DNA of 64,000 bases from Desulfobacterales bacterium (GCA_963674755.2 CAXXVS010000003.1:1600001-1664000); one strand, 5' to 3'. Counted from the first letter of the stretch, positions 50,501 to 57,778 are shown. Notes: generated by a model from the sequence alone, not told the origin. Numbers and translations are program-made.

Positions 50501-52986
50501 ATGTGGTCGACAATCGCGGCGATATCTTCGTGCAGGCCAGCGCCGAAACCCGCCTGCATGTTTCCTCCGACGGCGATGCCTTCGGTGATGCCATCGGCAC
50601 CAGCGAGGCCCAGGCCGTGGCCCGCGCCTATGGCCTCGATATGGGGAACGGCGACAACCGTGTCTACAACGCGGGCACCATCGACGTTGCGGCGAATCCG
50701 GTGGCGGAATCCCTGACGGATGTTTCCGGCGGCGACATCTGCATCTGGTTTTTCGGCTGGTGGTGCGGCGGCGGTGGTGACGGGATCGGCACTTCGAACG
50801 CTTCCGCCTGGGCCGAAGCCCTGGGCATCAATCTGGGGGATGGCGACAACATCGTGGTGAATGACGGCACCATCGTCGCCCGCGCCGCGCCTGAGATAAC
50901 GACTGCAGTCAACGCGGGTGCCGACACGGCAACGGTGATCGGCGCCGTTCAAGCGCATGCCGTGGGCATCCGCACCGGCGACGGCGACAACGTGATCGTC
51001 AACAACGGCATTATTGAGGCCCACGCGGTTTCGACATCGATCCCCTGCATCAACTGCCCCGACCCCGCCCCCGCTGAAGCGCCGATCCAGGCGGTCGGCA
51101 TCCAGACCGGGGCCGGTGACGACACCATCGTGAATAGCGGGCGTATTGCCACCGCGATAACCGTCGCCGGCCTATCCTCAGACGGCGTCGCCATCGCCAC
51201 CGGTGCCGGAAACGATCAGGTAGCCCTCCTGGCCGGTTCCGAAACCACCGGTCGGATCGAACTGGGGGAAGGTGATGACCGGCTCAACCTTGTAGGGCGT
51301 GCGCTGCTCGAAGGGGATGCTCTGGGCGGGGCCGGCCGGGACGACATCGTCTTTCATGGAGAGGGAAGATATGACGGCGCGATCGAAGGTTTTGAAGGCG
51401 CCGCCAAGCACGAGGCCGGCACTTACACCCTGAACAGTTTGCCGACCATGCAGACGCTTCAGATTTACGACGGGACCCTTCGGGTCGAAGACGACTACGT
51501 GTTCGACGAGACCGGGTCGGCCCTCATGCGGATTCATTTGAACGGCTTCGGGCAGCTGGCAGTGGACGGCACGGCCGATCTCGGCGGCGACCTCGCGGTG
51601 CTGGCCGAGCAGCGCATGTTTCACAACGGGCAGATCTTCCCGATCATTCAATCTCAGAGCCTGGCGGATACGTTTCAGGATGTCGATCTACCCGAAGCAC
51701 GGCAGCTGCTGCGCTTCGAATTGAACTACAACAACGAAGACGAGCAGGTGGAAGTGGTGGCGCGCACCCGATCCTTCCGAACGGTGGCCCGCAACGCCAA
51801 CGAGCGGGCTATTGCCGATTACCTGGACCGGATCGGGACTTACGCCAGCGGGGAGCTGTCCCGTGTGCTGGGCGAGTTCCAGACGCTCCAGGGCCGCCAG
51901 TTCGGCGAAGCCTTTGCCGGCATGAGCCCCGCCAGCTATGGCGCCTCTACCGGTGCGGCGCTGAATACCTCCCGATTGTATTCCCAGGTTATCGGCAACC
52001 GGATGCAGTCGCTTGGGGCAGGGCCCTCCGGTTCTTCTCCCCGGAAGGCCGATGCATCCGAAGACGGTCTGGCCGGCACCCTGCTGGCCTACACCGGCCC
52101 GAACGCCTCCCTGGGCGATCTGACCAGCCGCCGGGCCCAGACAGACGCCCGGCGGCGCTGGGGCGCCTGGGCCAATGTCTACGGCCAATGGGCGAGCCAG
52201 GATGGCGACGACGGTTTCGTGGGCTACGACAGCGACACCTACGGCGTCGTTTTCGGAATGGACTACGCCCCTTCGGAAAACTGGTTGGCCGGTCTCAGTT
52301 TCGGCTATTCCAACAACGACGTGACGTTCGATGCCAATGCCGGCGACGGTACGATCGACAGCTATTTCGGGTCCCTTTACACAGGCTGGTATACCGATGG
52401 CCTCTACCTGGAGTCCATTCTCACATACGGCCGCCAGGCGTTCGACAACAAACGCAACATAGTGGTGGGCGCCACGCGATACACGGCCCGCAGCGACCAC
52501 GATGGAAGTCTTTTTAGTGGTTACCTGGAAACAGGGTACACGTTTGGCGATGCCAAATGGCAGATCGACCCTTTTGTCTCCTTGGAATACCTCTATCTGG
52601 ATGAAGACGGTTTCGAGGAAGAGGGAGCCGGTGTTTTGAATCTGATGGTGGACGACCGCCAGACCGATACCCTGCTGTCCTATTTAGGCGTGCGTACACA
52701 GGGCGTTATCGACACCTGTGTGGGGGCCCTGATCCCCGAGTTGAGCGTGGCCTGGTTGCACGACTTCGATATCGACGACCGCGTCGTCACCTCATCCTTT
52801 GCCGGGGCGCCGGGGGATGCCTTTTCCATCACCGGTCAGGAGGTGGCGCAGAACGGGCTGGTTGTCGGTGCATCGCTCACGCTGATGCAGGCCGGCGGTG
52901 TCCAGTCGTCCATCGCCTATAGCGGGGAATTTCGCGACGGGTATGATGCGCATGCCCTGATCGGTCAGATTCGGTTTGCGTTCTGA
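38557..52986 (+). CDS. Giant repetitive autotransporter (type Va) adhesin-like protein, 4809 aa
   Basis: Uninterrupted 14.4-kb ORF; extended signal peptide (...LLPVPLVRA-DD); Ala/Gly/Ser/Thr/Asp-rich passenger with many G(D/G)GDDxIxNxG repeats; C-terminal autotransporter barrel (WGAWANVYGQW...GQIRFAF, terminal Phe). Confidence 0.92.
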   Translation: MLNRVFTASSRWLPVCLRRDFRRQASSVALIGILSGIGFMAGGLLPVPLVRADDEISVTVVTGTAAGDAMTIADPIDAQAGLLTDESEKIAASATALDAQAGNDTVFSGSAVAAHSDATALLLQILDAKTQALAKSLGLVAGDGDDMVTNSGSVTVDAVSDGAYAGGLLFDIGDRDDEDRKIDISLSTEAGSTAIDTGDGDDTVDNEAILDADAVAISGGTADQLTAELEDSLSLTAQSSAKAETTGISSGDGDDNINNSSTISTVATATSGALGLDLSAGENAEGDKAKLELEVSAKAEAMAIGIQSDGDDPAEEDKDASPFGLDGLRVTYTKETTAESGSDDIVNRADIESVATATSGAGAASIDIGIDGAVQIKANAEAKAESIGIAAGAAGDSIFNHGHLSATATATVGALSASFQVGEASTDGDTSSENNTSSQSDAKATARAVGIASDGEGQFKSVSASAEISDTALVSHYAQTEGTLSAADQLTNEGAITTVATATSGSAGAAIDIMAGGSMASQANAEATSEAVAIFTGGGDDTVSNTGALDAVATSTADAISVGLAAAESQDDDSGDDADESGSVKSESGSKATATAKGIDTEGEAQSKSLEVDLAISRSGITAGFEYRREAASGSDTVDNQGTISAVSTATSGSGSAAIDIMAGGSVESKANAEANAESVAIFTGGGDDTVTNTETGELDAVATASAGAVGVTVGVSDSSDQDDDGGIINNLRERFWPTVHSEANATATATATGIDAEGTAEDTSFAVDGSLDRQGLALNLAYGESQASGNDRVENDGAITAVATATSGAGSVDVQVNSDGTAAAEANSTATARADAIRTGSGDDRVDNEGALSAVATATAGALSVGVAHAEGDDTKARVEAKATSTAKANGIDTEGDSDSRAVVFDLGLSREGLHVHYNDTRTAASGNDVVVNQAGVTAVATASSGAAAVPVSIDGSAAADVTSKATSGAAAISTGGGRDVIDNNGDLAATSTATSAALAVAFGQQTQSTGKTKASVKAGATATADAVGIAADGDSGDQSTDFALDLTEAGLGSRFAKTRTAVDGDDTLTNTGDVTTTATASSGAAGVAVAIDGAAAVDITSTTKAHATGIDTGGGDDTIDNQGAITSTATATSLALGVGVGAKSGSSGKASSKVEATAKSEARAIGITTDGDQQDTALAIGLAITENGLGARYYQSKTPVSGDDHLTNTEAVTAVATATSGAGAVGVTTEGSAKSDAGAEAKADARALDLGGGSDTVDNSGALSAVATATAAAVEVSVSGKGTTIANNGIFSAGTKADARSVGIAGTGAENAETLDVTLGVDFNAVSAEFGFEKIADGIGADGDDTVINNAAITAVATATAPEVSVAVTSEGIAASLTSTEAKADAAAIRTGHGDDVIMTDGSLSAVATATAAAANVAVTGKGLAVAGNAVWDGGIKADAKAAGIHSEGGDKDSLTVDVGASLQGVAVVYGKTKELASGEDTVTNDGDITATAVAAAPEVSVAVASQGMAASISTSTANSEAFGIRTGDADDTITNRGSITATANADAVAVNVAVAPTGVSAAGNNFWSGGNKAQASAFGIDADGETASETRSYFGADNDGVAFTYTQEESLANGDDVIRNDGDVAVTAVAAAPTASVAVTTEGVAAAMSTATAKSDARAIRGGDGDDDIENAGDLTVFSNADAAAVNVSVVPTGGVSVAGNNFWDGGTQAEALAVGIDGDGESLSTSSTNVSVGGNGIGIEYTSSRQMASGDDRIVNSGNMDITAVAVSPAVSAAVTAAGVSAAISTAKATSDARAIRGGDGSDTIENTGDLTVVSNADAAAVNVSVNAEGGVALAADAIWDGGTTAEARAMGIDAEGESSTSSTTKIAIGASVDYDRDKTDEEATGDDIVNNQGAINAWAVAVAPSVAVSVVGTGGVAGAISTATAKADSTAISTGGGDDTIRNSGALTSETVANADAVSVSVTGVGGVSVSGNNVWDGGTKSEATTRGVDSGDGDDVLENHGAIAATATSVTANGSVSVTGVGGVAGAISTSTAKSDSAAILTGEGADTIKNFRNLSSGASSIAASVNVSVTGVGGVSVSGNNAWDGGTRAEAKSRGVDSGDGDDTLENSGDIAAWATTVAASGAVSVVGVGGGAGALSTATAKADSAAIDTGSGEDTITNTGMLSSEAFATGDAANVSVTGVGGVSVSGNDVWDGGTLSEAQSRGLTSGDGDDHVDNYGAISATATTVTGTGAVAVTGVGGVSGAISTATAKSDGTAIDTGDGDDEVTNSGNLTAESSAVAAAVNVSVTGVGGVSLAGNNAWDGGTLSEARSRGIDSGDGDDILNNSGDIVAIATTVTATGAVSVTGVGGVSGAVSTSTAKSDAVAMAMGAGEDEVANSGVLAARAFANADGLNVAVTGVGGVSVAGNNAWDGGTLAEARAAGIDGGDGEARISNTNRITATADAVSVAASLSYVTFGVPLAISTSTADADAAALRSGDEDDELANSGDLTAAADATAVSVNVAVTGAGVAGAGDAVWDGGTKATAVSVGVDAQAGQDMIHNNGAMAVDADAVTSSTSVAFTVAGVSGAISTSTATADAQAISAGDGDDTLVNEGALDSTANATAVSVSFAASAGGAAIAADAAWDGGTKANASSQGLAGGLGNDEIRNTAGIDATADSTASSNSVAMTVAGVSGAVSTATSIADAAAIDAGEGNDTIVNSGDLTGTADAGATSVSVTITGMGAALATDAFWDGGTQADATARGIAGGAGEDEITNTANITAEAGSHTTSAAVSVVGGGLAGAMAASTASAAATAIDAGADDDRVYNDGELTATAAAEASGVSVAVTSVGASLAGALDSATTGNARAVGMAGGEGADFLTSSELSAMTIDARAVTTDTAVSVAAEGLAGAVADALAVAEGIAIDGGADNDQIANAGLIVETVAAEANSRAVAFTLTGVEVADANAESRATATGLSGGAGDDVVRNFGSIALEANADAEGLAIAGTLGGASVAGANATAGVEAIGLEGEGGEDTLINTGRIAGDVNATTHARTINAALAGYALSEANATATVSALGISGGESDDTLINTVSGDIDLLATADVYANQVTIAVAGAADGEANATPEIEVTGLAGGAGDDAILNEGRLTLRSRSKSEATGSSWTVAGSASSRSGNQVTTTVKGITGGSGNDDIVNTGTIQVGPGEDATGDDYWMASLITDSYSLGFAGATNAETTAYAHTLSTGIEGETGDDRIQNDGDILVMATSRSESTSGTLNLFGSGAADSDAGALTVATGIMGGEGDDRIVTGGASPALIRVIADSNLTMDGSRFAIGGGGAAGGKLVAETVAAGISGGDGEDLLINAGDVSVTAVSTLNSQAGSDTIFGTSGTGLTSGATTDAAGMTGGDGDDAIENTGRIEVAATATLTQDGSSYTFGGTGETGGALVAATRVVGIAGDLGGDIIRNAGDIIVAADADLESRGDSETTFGTSEGGVTVGADVETAGIDGGDGDDAIETTGRVEVSAAATLNQAGSSYTFGGTGETGGTLAATTRTVGIVGDGGADHIRNTGVIDVQADAALTSNGASEATFGGSSASVVSGGQSYAAGITGGEDDDVIENNADGRVDVRSSAEVTTESIAYTFGGGSGTEAILTGDATAVGLDGGSGNDRLASHGVVDVEAVSTLQSTGGAKNTLSLTSDVDSTGRSAAAAQARGLDAGDGDDIIAASGQIDVRAAATTEVLNEARSGASITSDNEAGAITRADADAAGLAAGDGANRIHNQSELTVAAASTAYAFAYASGASVSFDGDGLTRAESRANATAAGIRAADGDNVIANTGQVTVTADATTAKELETSITIYSMGDDAEPIDPPQTYGEEELPAFVDGEGDPIDQNRTGYPEGTILFWTRAPLDQQDPNVAAQGAYYVVVVSEIDSDGPDGEEEPYELWQWELTQQVVAETITIAEDSFPSYAAANGNGLDGDGNARATGSTVAEARGVQLGDGDNVVDNRGDIFVQASAETRLHVSSDGDAFGDAIGTSEAQAVARAYGLDMGNGDNRVYNAGTIDVAANPVAESLTDVSGGDICIWFFGWWCGGGGDGIGTSNASAWAEALGINLGDGDNIVVNDGTIVARAAPEITTAVNAGADTATVIGAVQAHAVGIRTGDGDNVIVNNGIIEAHAVSTSIPCINCPDPAPAEAPIQAVGIQTGAGDDTIVNSGRIATAITVAGLSSDGVAIATGAGNDQVALLAGSETTGRIELGEGDDRLNLVGRALLEGDALGGAGRDDIVFHGEGRYDGAIEGFEGAAKHEAGTYTLNSLPTMQTLQIYDGTLRVEDDYVFDETGSALMRIHLNGFGQLAVDGTADLGGDLAVLAEQRMFHNGQIFPIIQSQSLADTFQDVDLPEARQLLRFELNYNNEDEQVEVVARTRSFRTVARNANERAIADYLDRIGTYASGELSRVLGEFQTLQGRQFGEAFAGMSPASYGASTGAALNTSRLYSQVIGNRMQSLGAGPSGSSPRKADASEDGLAGTLLAYTGPNASLGDLTSRRAQTDARRRWGAWANVYGQWASQDGDDGFVGYDSDTYGVVFGMDYAPSENWLAGLSFGYSNNDVTFDANAGDGTIDSYFGSLYTGWYTDGLYLESILTYGRQAFDNKRNIVVGATRYTARSDHDGSLFSGYLETGYTFGDAKWQIDPFVSLEYLYLDEDGFEEEGAGVLNLMVDDRQTDTLLSYLGVRTQGVIDTCVGALIPELSVAWLHDFDIDDRVVTSSFAGAPGDAFSITGQEVAQNGLVVGASLTLMQAGGVQSSIAYSGEFRDGYDAHALIGQIRFAF
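42856..46780 (+). repeat. Tandem coding repeat array marked by W(D/S)GG motif, 12 copies
   Basis: TGG codons at 42856, 43264, 43675, 44086, 44497, 44824, 45151, 45478, 45805, 46126, 46447, 46768. Confidence 0.9.
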
Positions 52987-53099
52987 TCGCGGCCAACGGC
53001 GTCTCTCCCTTGAACAACAAATGGAACTGGCATATGGATGAATGATGGTGTCTGTCTATATCGTCCAATACGACGCCAATATTGAAAGGGGGGGAGAAG

Positions 53100-54143
53100 A
53101 TGACTGATACCAAGCGGGTCATGAGTGAAAAGCCCTTGAACGCTGAAACGCCGCCCGAGCGCCTGCGCTCCTGGATCACGGCCAACGACGTCTTTTTCGA
53201 TCGCAATCAGGGGCAGATTCCCCAGGAAAAGATCCCTTTGGATCAGTGGTCCCTGACCATCGACGGGGAAGTCAAAAAGCCCTTGGCGTTGTCTTTCGAA
53301 CAGATCGGCGCGCTTCCCAAAGCGATTGTCGCCAACACCCTCGAATGTTCGGGCAACAGCCGGTCGCTGCTCACCAAGAAGGCTTCGGGCAATCCCTGGA
53401 CCATCGGCGGGGTGGGCAATGCCGTCTGGGGCGGGGTGGGGCTTGCGGTGCTGTTGCAGGAAGCCGGTCTCACGGCCCGGGCCGCCCATGTGGCTTTCGA
53501 AGGCTTGGATACGCCCCTGGGCAAGGCCCAAATATCCTTCGTGCGCAGCATCCCCGTCGAGAAGGCCATGGCGTCCACCCTGCTGGCCTATGAAATGAAC
53601 GGGGAGCCGCTGCCCCTGAAGCACGGCTACCCTTTGCGGGCCCTCGCCCTGGGGTGGACCGGCGCCAATTGCGTGAAGTGGCTGAACCGCATCACGGTGC
53701 TGGACAAGCCTTACGAGGGCTTCTTCATGGATAAGGTCTACCGGGTATTCCAACCCGGCCAGAGCCCGACCAGCGGCGAGGTCGTCACCGGCATCAAGCT
53801 CAAGTCCATCGTTACCCAGCCCCTGCCCGGCGAGCAGCGGCCGGCCGGAAGGATCGTCGTTCTCGGGGCGGCCTACGCCGGGGAAGAGCGGGTGGCGAAA
53901 GTGGAGGTGTCCACCGACAGCGGGGGCACCTGGCAGCCGGCGGAATTCATCGGCCCGGATGCGCCCTATGCCTGGCGGCAATGGCAGTTCGAATATCAGA
54001 CGGATCAGGCCGGTGAGCATACGCTTCTCTGCCGGGCCACGGACCGGAACGGACGGCAGCAACCCGATACGGCCGAATGGAACCACCTCGGCTACGGCAA
54101 CAACGGCATCCGGGAACATGGGGTCACCTTCGAGGTGATTTAG
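53100..54143 (+). CDS. Sulfite oxidase-family molybdopterin enzyme (SorA/SoxC-like, no export signal)
   Basis: PLNAETP, FFDRNQG, LECSGN, FVRSIP, MNGEPLPLKHGYPLR, VKWL, C-terminal dimerisation domain WNHLGYGNN. Confidence 0.88.
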   Translation: MTDTKRVMSEKPLNAETPPERLRSWITANDVFFDRNQGQIPQEKIPLDQWSLTIDGEVKKPLALSFEQIGALPKAIVANTLECSGNSRSLLTKKASGNPWTIGGVGNAVWGGVGLAVLLQEAGLTARAAHVAFEGLDTPLGKAQISFVRSIPVEKAMASTLLAYEMNGEPLPLKHGYPLRALALGWTGANCVKWLNRITVLDKPYEGFFMDKVYRVFQPGQSPTSGEVVTGIKLKSIVTQPLPGEQRPAGRIVVLGAAYAGEERVAKVEVSTDSGGTWQPAEFIGPDAPYAWRQWQFEYQTDQAGEHTLLCRATDRNGRQQPDTAEWNHLGYGNNGIREHGVTFEVI

Positions 54144-54234
54144 GGCCCCACATGGTTTCTTGTCTGTCCTCCGGCATCTGCGGTACCGGCTATAGCAGGA
54201 CCGACCTATCGGAACGATCCGAGGGGAGTGTTGG

Positions 54235-54732
54235 TTGAAAACGGAAGACTTTGTTCAGAAGCGCGTCGCACGCTACTACTGGCGGGATGACATCAACTGC
54301 GCCACGACCACGCTCAAAATTCTATCCGAGCATTTTGATTTTGCGCTGTCGGAACAAGTTATCGACGGGGCCGTCGGGATGCACGGGGCCGGAGAATACG
54401 GCGCCCAATGCGGTCTGGTGGAGGGCGCCCTGATGTTTCTGGGGATCATGGGGCGTTCGCGGGCCATCCCGGACGATGCTATCATATCCACGTGCCGGGC
54501 CTTTGCCGCGCGTTTTGAAAAGCGTTTTAAAAGCTTGTCGTGCGCCATTCTGCGCCCCGCCGGATTCGATCCCCGGAATCCGCCCCATCTTTGCGAAGAC
54601 TTTACCTGCCGCGCCGTTGGCTTCTCGATCGATTTCATTCAGGAATTTTTGGATGCCGGCGGAACGCCCCCGGCATCGAAAGAAGCCCCGACGGCTGCCG
54701 CAAGCGATGCGCTTCATCATTACGCCACTTGA
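54235..54732 (+). CDS. C-GCAxxG-C-C family (putative redox-active) protein
   Basis: INCATT, GMHGAGEYGAQCGLVEGA, SLSCAIL, HLCE. Confidence 0.8.
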   Translation: MKTEDFVQKRVARYYWRDDINCATTTLKILSEHFDFALSEQVIDGAVGMHGAGEYGAQCGLVEGALMFLGIMGRSRAIPDDAIISTCRAFAARFEKRFKSLSCAILRPAGFDPRNPPHLCEDFTCRAVGFSIDFIQEFLDAGGTPPASKEAPTAAASDALHHYAT

Positions 54733-54741
54733 GCGGCGTCC

Positions 54742-56898
54742 CTACTTGTCCTGCGGCGCCTTTTCTTCCTTTAGCAGGATGCGCACATCCACCACTTGCA
54801 AGCCTTTTTCATAGGCAATGACCGGATTCAGGTCCATTTCCCGGATGTCCGGGTAGGCCTCCATCACTTCCGAGCAGGTCACCAGCAGGTGTTTGATGGC
54901 CCGTTTGTCGCAGGGCGGGGTGTTGCGGGTACCGGTCAGCATGGGGTAGGCTTTGATCTCCTCGATCATGCGGCCGGCCGAAAGCAGGGATATGGGCAGC
55001 ACCCGGAAGGAGACATCCTTGAGCACCTCCACCAGGATGCCCCCCAGCCCGAACATGATGATGGGGCCGAACTGGTCGTCGTACTTGGTGCCGATGATGA
55101 GTTCGGTACCCGGAGCAGCCATGGGGGATACCAGGATCCCGTGAATGTCGGCCTGGGGCGCATAGGCCCGGGCGTTTTGCATGATTTCGGCATAGGCGGC
55201 CCGGATGGCCGCGGCATCCCTGAGACCGATTTTTACGCCGCCGGCATCGGTCTTGTGGAGAATATCCGGTGAGACGATTTTAAGCGCCACGGGCTGGTCC
55301 ACCAACGCCGCGGCGGCCACGGCCTCGTCGGCCGTACGGGCCAGGATGTCCCGGGAGACATTGGCCCCATGCAGTTGAAAGAGTTTTTTGCCCTCGTTTT
55401 CCAGCAGAGCGGTACGCCCTTCGGCGCGGGCGTTAGCGATGACAGCCTGGCCGTCTTCACGGGCCTTGCGGCCCCAGTCCATGAGGAAATCGAACTTGGG
55501 CCGGTAGGATTTGACGGTTTTCCCATAGCGGGCCAGCACGCTTACGCATTTGCAGGCGATCTCCAGGGAGTCGTAGACCGTGATGCCGTAATAGCGCAGG
55601 AGATCCAGGGCGTGCGGTTTCTCCGAGCTGTATAGGCTGTGGACCACGATGGGTTTGCGGCGCTTCTTGACCAGCTTGCCCATCTGATGGGCGGCGTCCT
55701 CTTCCTTGAGGGCCAGCTCTTCGGCAAACCGGATGCCATATCCGCCGAAAAGGCCTACCAGAAGCAGGCCGCCCACCTGGGGATCGTTCAGGATAAGGCG
55801 GGCGCAGTCGGCAAACAGGGAAGGATCCGCATCTGTTCCACCGGCCACGTCCACGGGGTTTGGTACCGAGGCGGCTCTGGGCAGCAGATTGCGCAGGGCT
55901 TCCTGGGTTTTGGGACTGAGCAGGGGCAGTTCGAGGCCCAGGTCGGTCAACAGGTCGGCGGCGATGGTGGCGTGGCCGCCCCCGTCGGCCAGGATGGCCA
56001 CCTTGTTGTTGCGGATGGGGGGCAGGCTGGCCAGGGTCTCGGCGGCCGGGAAGAGTTCGTCGGAGTTTTCGATCACCACGATGCCGGCCCGCCCGAAGGC
56101 GCCCAGGGCCACTTCCGACATGCCGGCCAGGGCCCCGGTATGGGAGCCGGCCGAGCGTTTGCCCGTGGCGGAGCGGCCGCTTTTGAGCAGGATAACCGGT
56201 TTTTTGGTGGTGGCGTGGTAGGCGGTCTGCAGAAAGCGGCGTCCCTCCCGCAGACCCTCGACATACATCAGGACGGCCCGGGTGGCGGGGTCTGCGATGA
56301 AATAGGAGAGGTATTCGTCAAAGCGGATATCGGCCTCGTTGCCCACGCCGACATAGCAGGAAAAGCCCTTGCGGCTTTTGAGGCGGGCCTCGGTGATCAG
56401 CGTCAGGGCCATGTTGCCGCTCTGGGAGAGCAGGGCGATGTCGCCCGGGGGCATGTCTTTGAGTCCCACCAGATTCAGATGGCGATGGGGGTTGATCATG
56501 CCGGAAGTGTTGGGGCCGATCAGGCGGATCCCGTGGCGCCGGGCCGTGGCCGTGATGCCTTCTTCCAGGCGGCGGCCTTCCTGGCCCAGTTCGCCGAATC
56601 CGCCGGCGATGATCACGGCGCCGGCCACGCCTTTGCGGCCGCAATCCTCCAGAATGGCGTCGATGGTGACGGCCGGGGTCGTGATCAGGGCCAGATCCAC
56701 CGGACCGGGAATGGCGGCGACCGAAGGGTAGCAGGGGAGCCCGAGGATATTGTGTTCCTTGGGGTTAACCGGATAGATGGTGCCGGCGAAGTGTTCCTCT
56801 TGCAAGGTCCGGATCGCCTGGTAGCCGCGTTTGGTGGGCTGGCGGGAGGCCCCTACGATGGCTACGGATTCGGCATTGAACAGGCGGTCGAGTGACAT
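54742..56898 (-). CDS. ADP-forming acyl(acetate)-CoA synthetase, fused alpha/beta (CoA-binding + ATP-grasp)
   Basis: SVAIVGAS, IYPVNP, RLIGPN, SQSG, SHTGALAG, NPVD, KIVSPDILHKTDAGGV, FGPIIMFGLGG, DLNPV. Confidence 0.92.
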   Translation of the reverse strand: MSLDRLFNAESVAIVGASRQPTKRGYQAIRTLQEEHFAGTIYPVNPKEHNILGLPCYPSVAAIPGPVDLALITTPAVTIDAILEDCGRKGVAGAVIIAGGFGELGQEGRRLEEGITATARRHGIRLIGPNTSGMINPHRHLNLVGLKDMPPGDIALLSQSGNMALTLITEARLKSRKGFSCYVGVGNEADIRFDEYLSYFIADPATRAVLMYVEGLREGRRFLQTAYHATTKKPVILLKSGRSATGKRSAGSHTGALAGMSEVALGAFGRAGIVVIENSDELFPAAETLASLPPIRNNKVAILADGGGHATIAADLLTDLGLELPLLSPKTQEALRNLLPRAASVPNPVDVAGGTDADPSLFADCARLILNDPQVGGLLLVGLFGGYGIRFAEELALKEEDAAHQMGKLVKKRRKPIVVHSLYSSEKPHALDLLRYYGITVYDSLEIACKCVSVLARYGKTVKSYRPKFDFLMDWGRKAREDGQAVIANARAEGRTALLENEGKKLFQLHGANVSRDILARTADEAVAAAALVDQPVALKIVSPDILHKTDAGGVKIGLRDAAAIRAAYAEIMQNARAYAPQADIHGILVSPMAAPGTELIIGTKYDDQFGPIIMFGLGGILVEVLKDVSFRVLPISLLSAGRMIEEIKAYPMLTGTRNTPPCDKRAIKHLLVTCSEVMEAYPDIREMDLNPVIAYEKGLQVVDVRILLKEEKAPQDK

Positions 56899-56954
56899 AG
56901 CATCCTCCGGGGAATTGTTATGCTCTGGCACGCATGGGGTTTTGAAAATGAAGG

Positions 56955-57743
56955 TCAATGCTGGTCCGATTTGTCTGAAGACCCCTTGCGATCGGCAAAG
57001 TTCGCCAGGGCCTGCAGACGCTCCTGCGTGGCCACGCAGGCCAGACAGGCCTCGATTTCGAAGGCCATCAGGGCTTCCAGGCTGACGGGCTCGCGGGCCA
57101 TACGCAGTCCCTTTTTGATCATTTTCAGGGAAAAGGCGGCATTGGCGGCGATATCCCGGGCCATACGTTGGGCCGCGGGCAGGAGTTCTTCTGGAGGCAC
57201 GGCCTGGTTGACGAGACCGATGCGTTCGGCTTCGCGGCCGTCGATATTGCGGGCCGTGAATAGCAGTTCGCTGGCCTTGCCGGGCCCCACCAGATCCTGG
57301 AGCAATCGCAAGGCGCCCCCGGTGACCGACGAGCTGACCCGGGCTTCAGGGGAGCCGATGAGGGCATCTTCGGCCGCAATCCGGATGTCGCAGGCCAGGG
57401 CCAACTCATAGCCGGATCCCAGGGCATACCCGTTGATGGCGGCGATGGTGGGTTTTTCGAACCCGATGACTTGCCGGGAGACGGCCTGCAGGCCCTCCAG
57501 ATAGTCCCGGTAGGCTTCCAGGGTGCGGGTTTTGGATTCCTTGAGATCGGCCCCTGAGGAGAAGGCCCGCCCCTCGCCGGTGATGATGAGCACCTTGACC
57601 GTCGGATCCTGGCGAACGGCTTCGAGGGCCTCCTCGAATTCGATCCACAGCCGGCGGTTCATGGCATTGAGGACCTTCGGCCGGTTGAGGGTGATCAGGG
57701 CCACCCCGTCCCGGGCTTCACAGCGGATGCATTCATAGGGCAT
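56955..57743 (-). CDS. Enoyl-CoA hydratase/isomerase family protein
   Basis: ITLNRPKVLNAM, FSSGADLKE, KPTIAAINGYALGSGYELALACDIR. Confidence 0.92.
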   Translation of the reverse strand: MPYECIRCEARDGVALITLNRPKVLNAMNRRLWIEFEEALEAVRQDPTVKVLIITGEGRAFSSGADLKESKTRTLEAYRDYLEGLQAVSRQVIGFEKPTIAAINGYALGSGYELALACDIRIAAEDALIGSPEARVSSSVTGGALRLLQDLVGPGKASELLFTARNIDGREAERIGLVNQAVPPEELLPAAQRMARDIAANAAFSLKMIKKGLRMAREPVSLEALMAFEIEACLACVATQERLQALANFADRKGSSDKSDQH

Positions 57744-57778
57744 GGCGTGTTTCCTTGGTCCGAGGGGTTGGTGGGGCA

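Noticed and set aside
54235..54732. Selenocysteine recoding in the C-GCAxxG-C-C, FmdE or Mo-enzyme genes
   Set aside because: No in-frame TGA at conserved Cys positions; the ORFs are complete.
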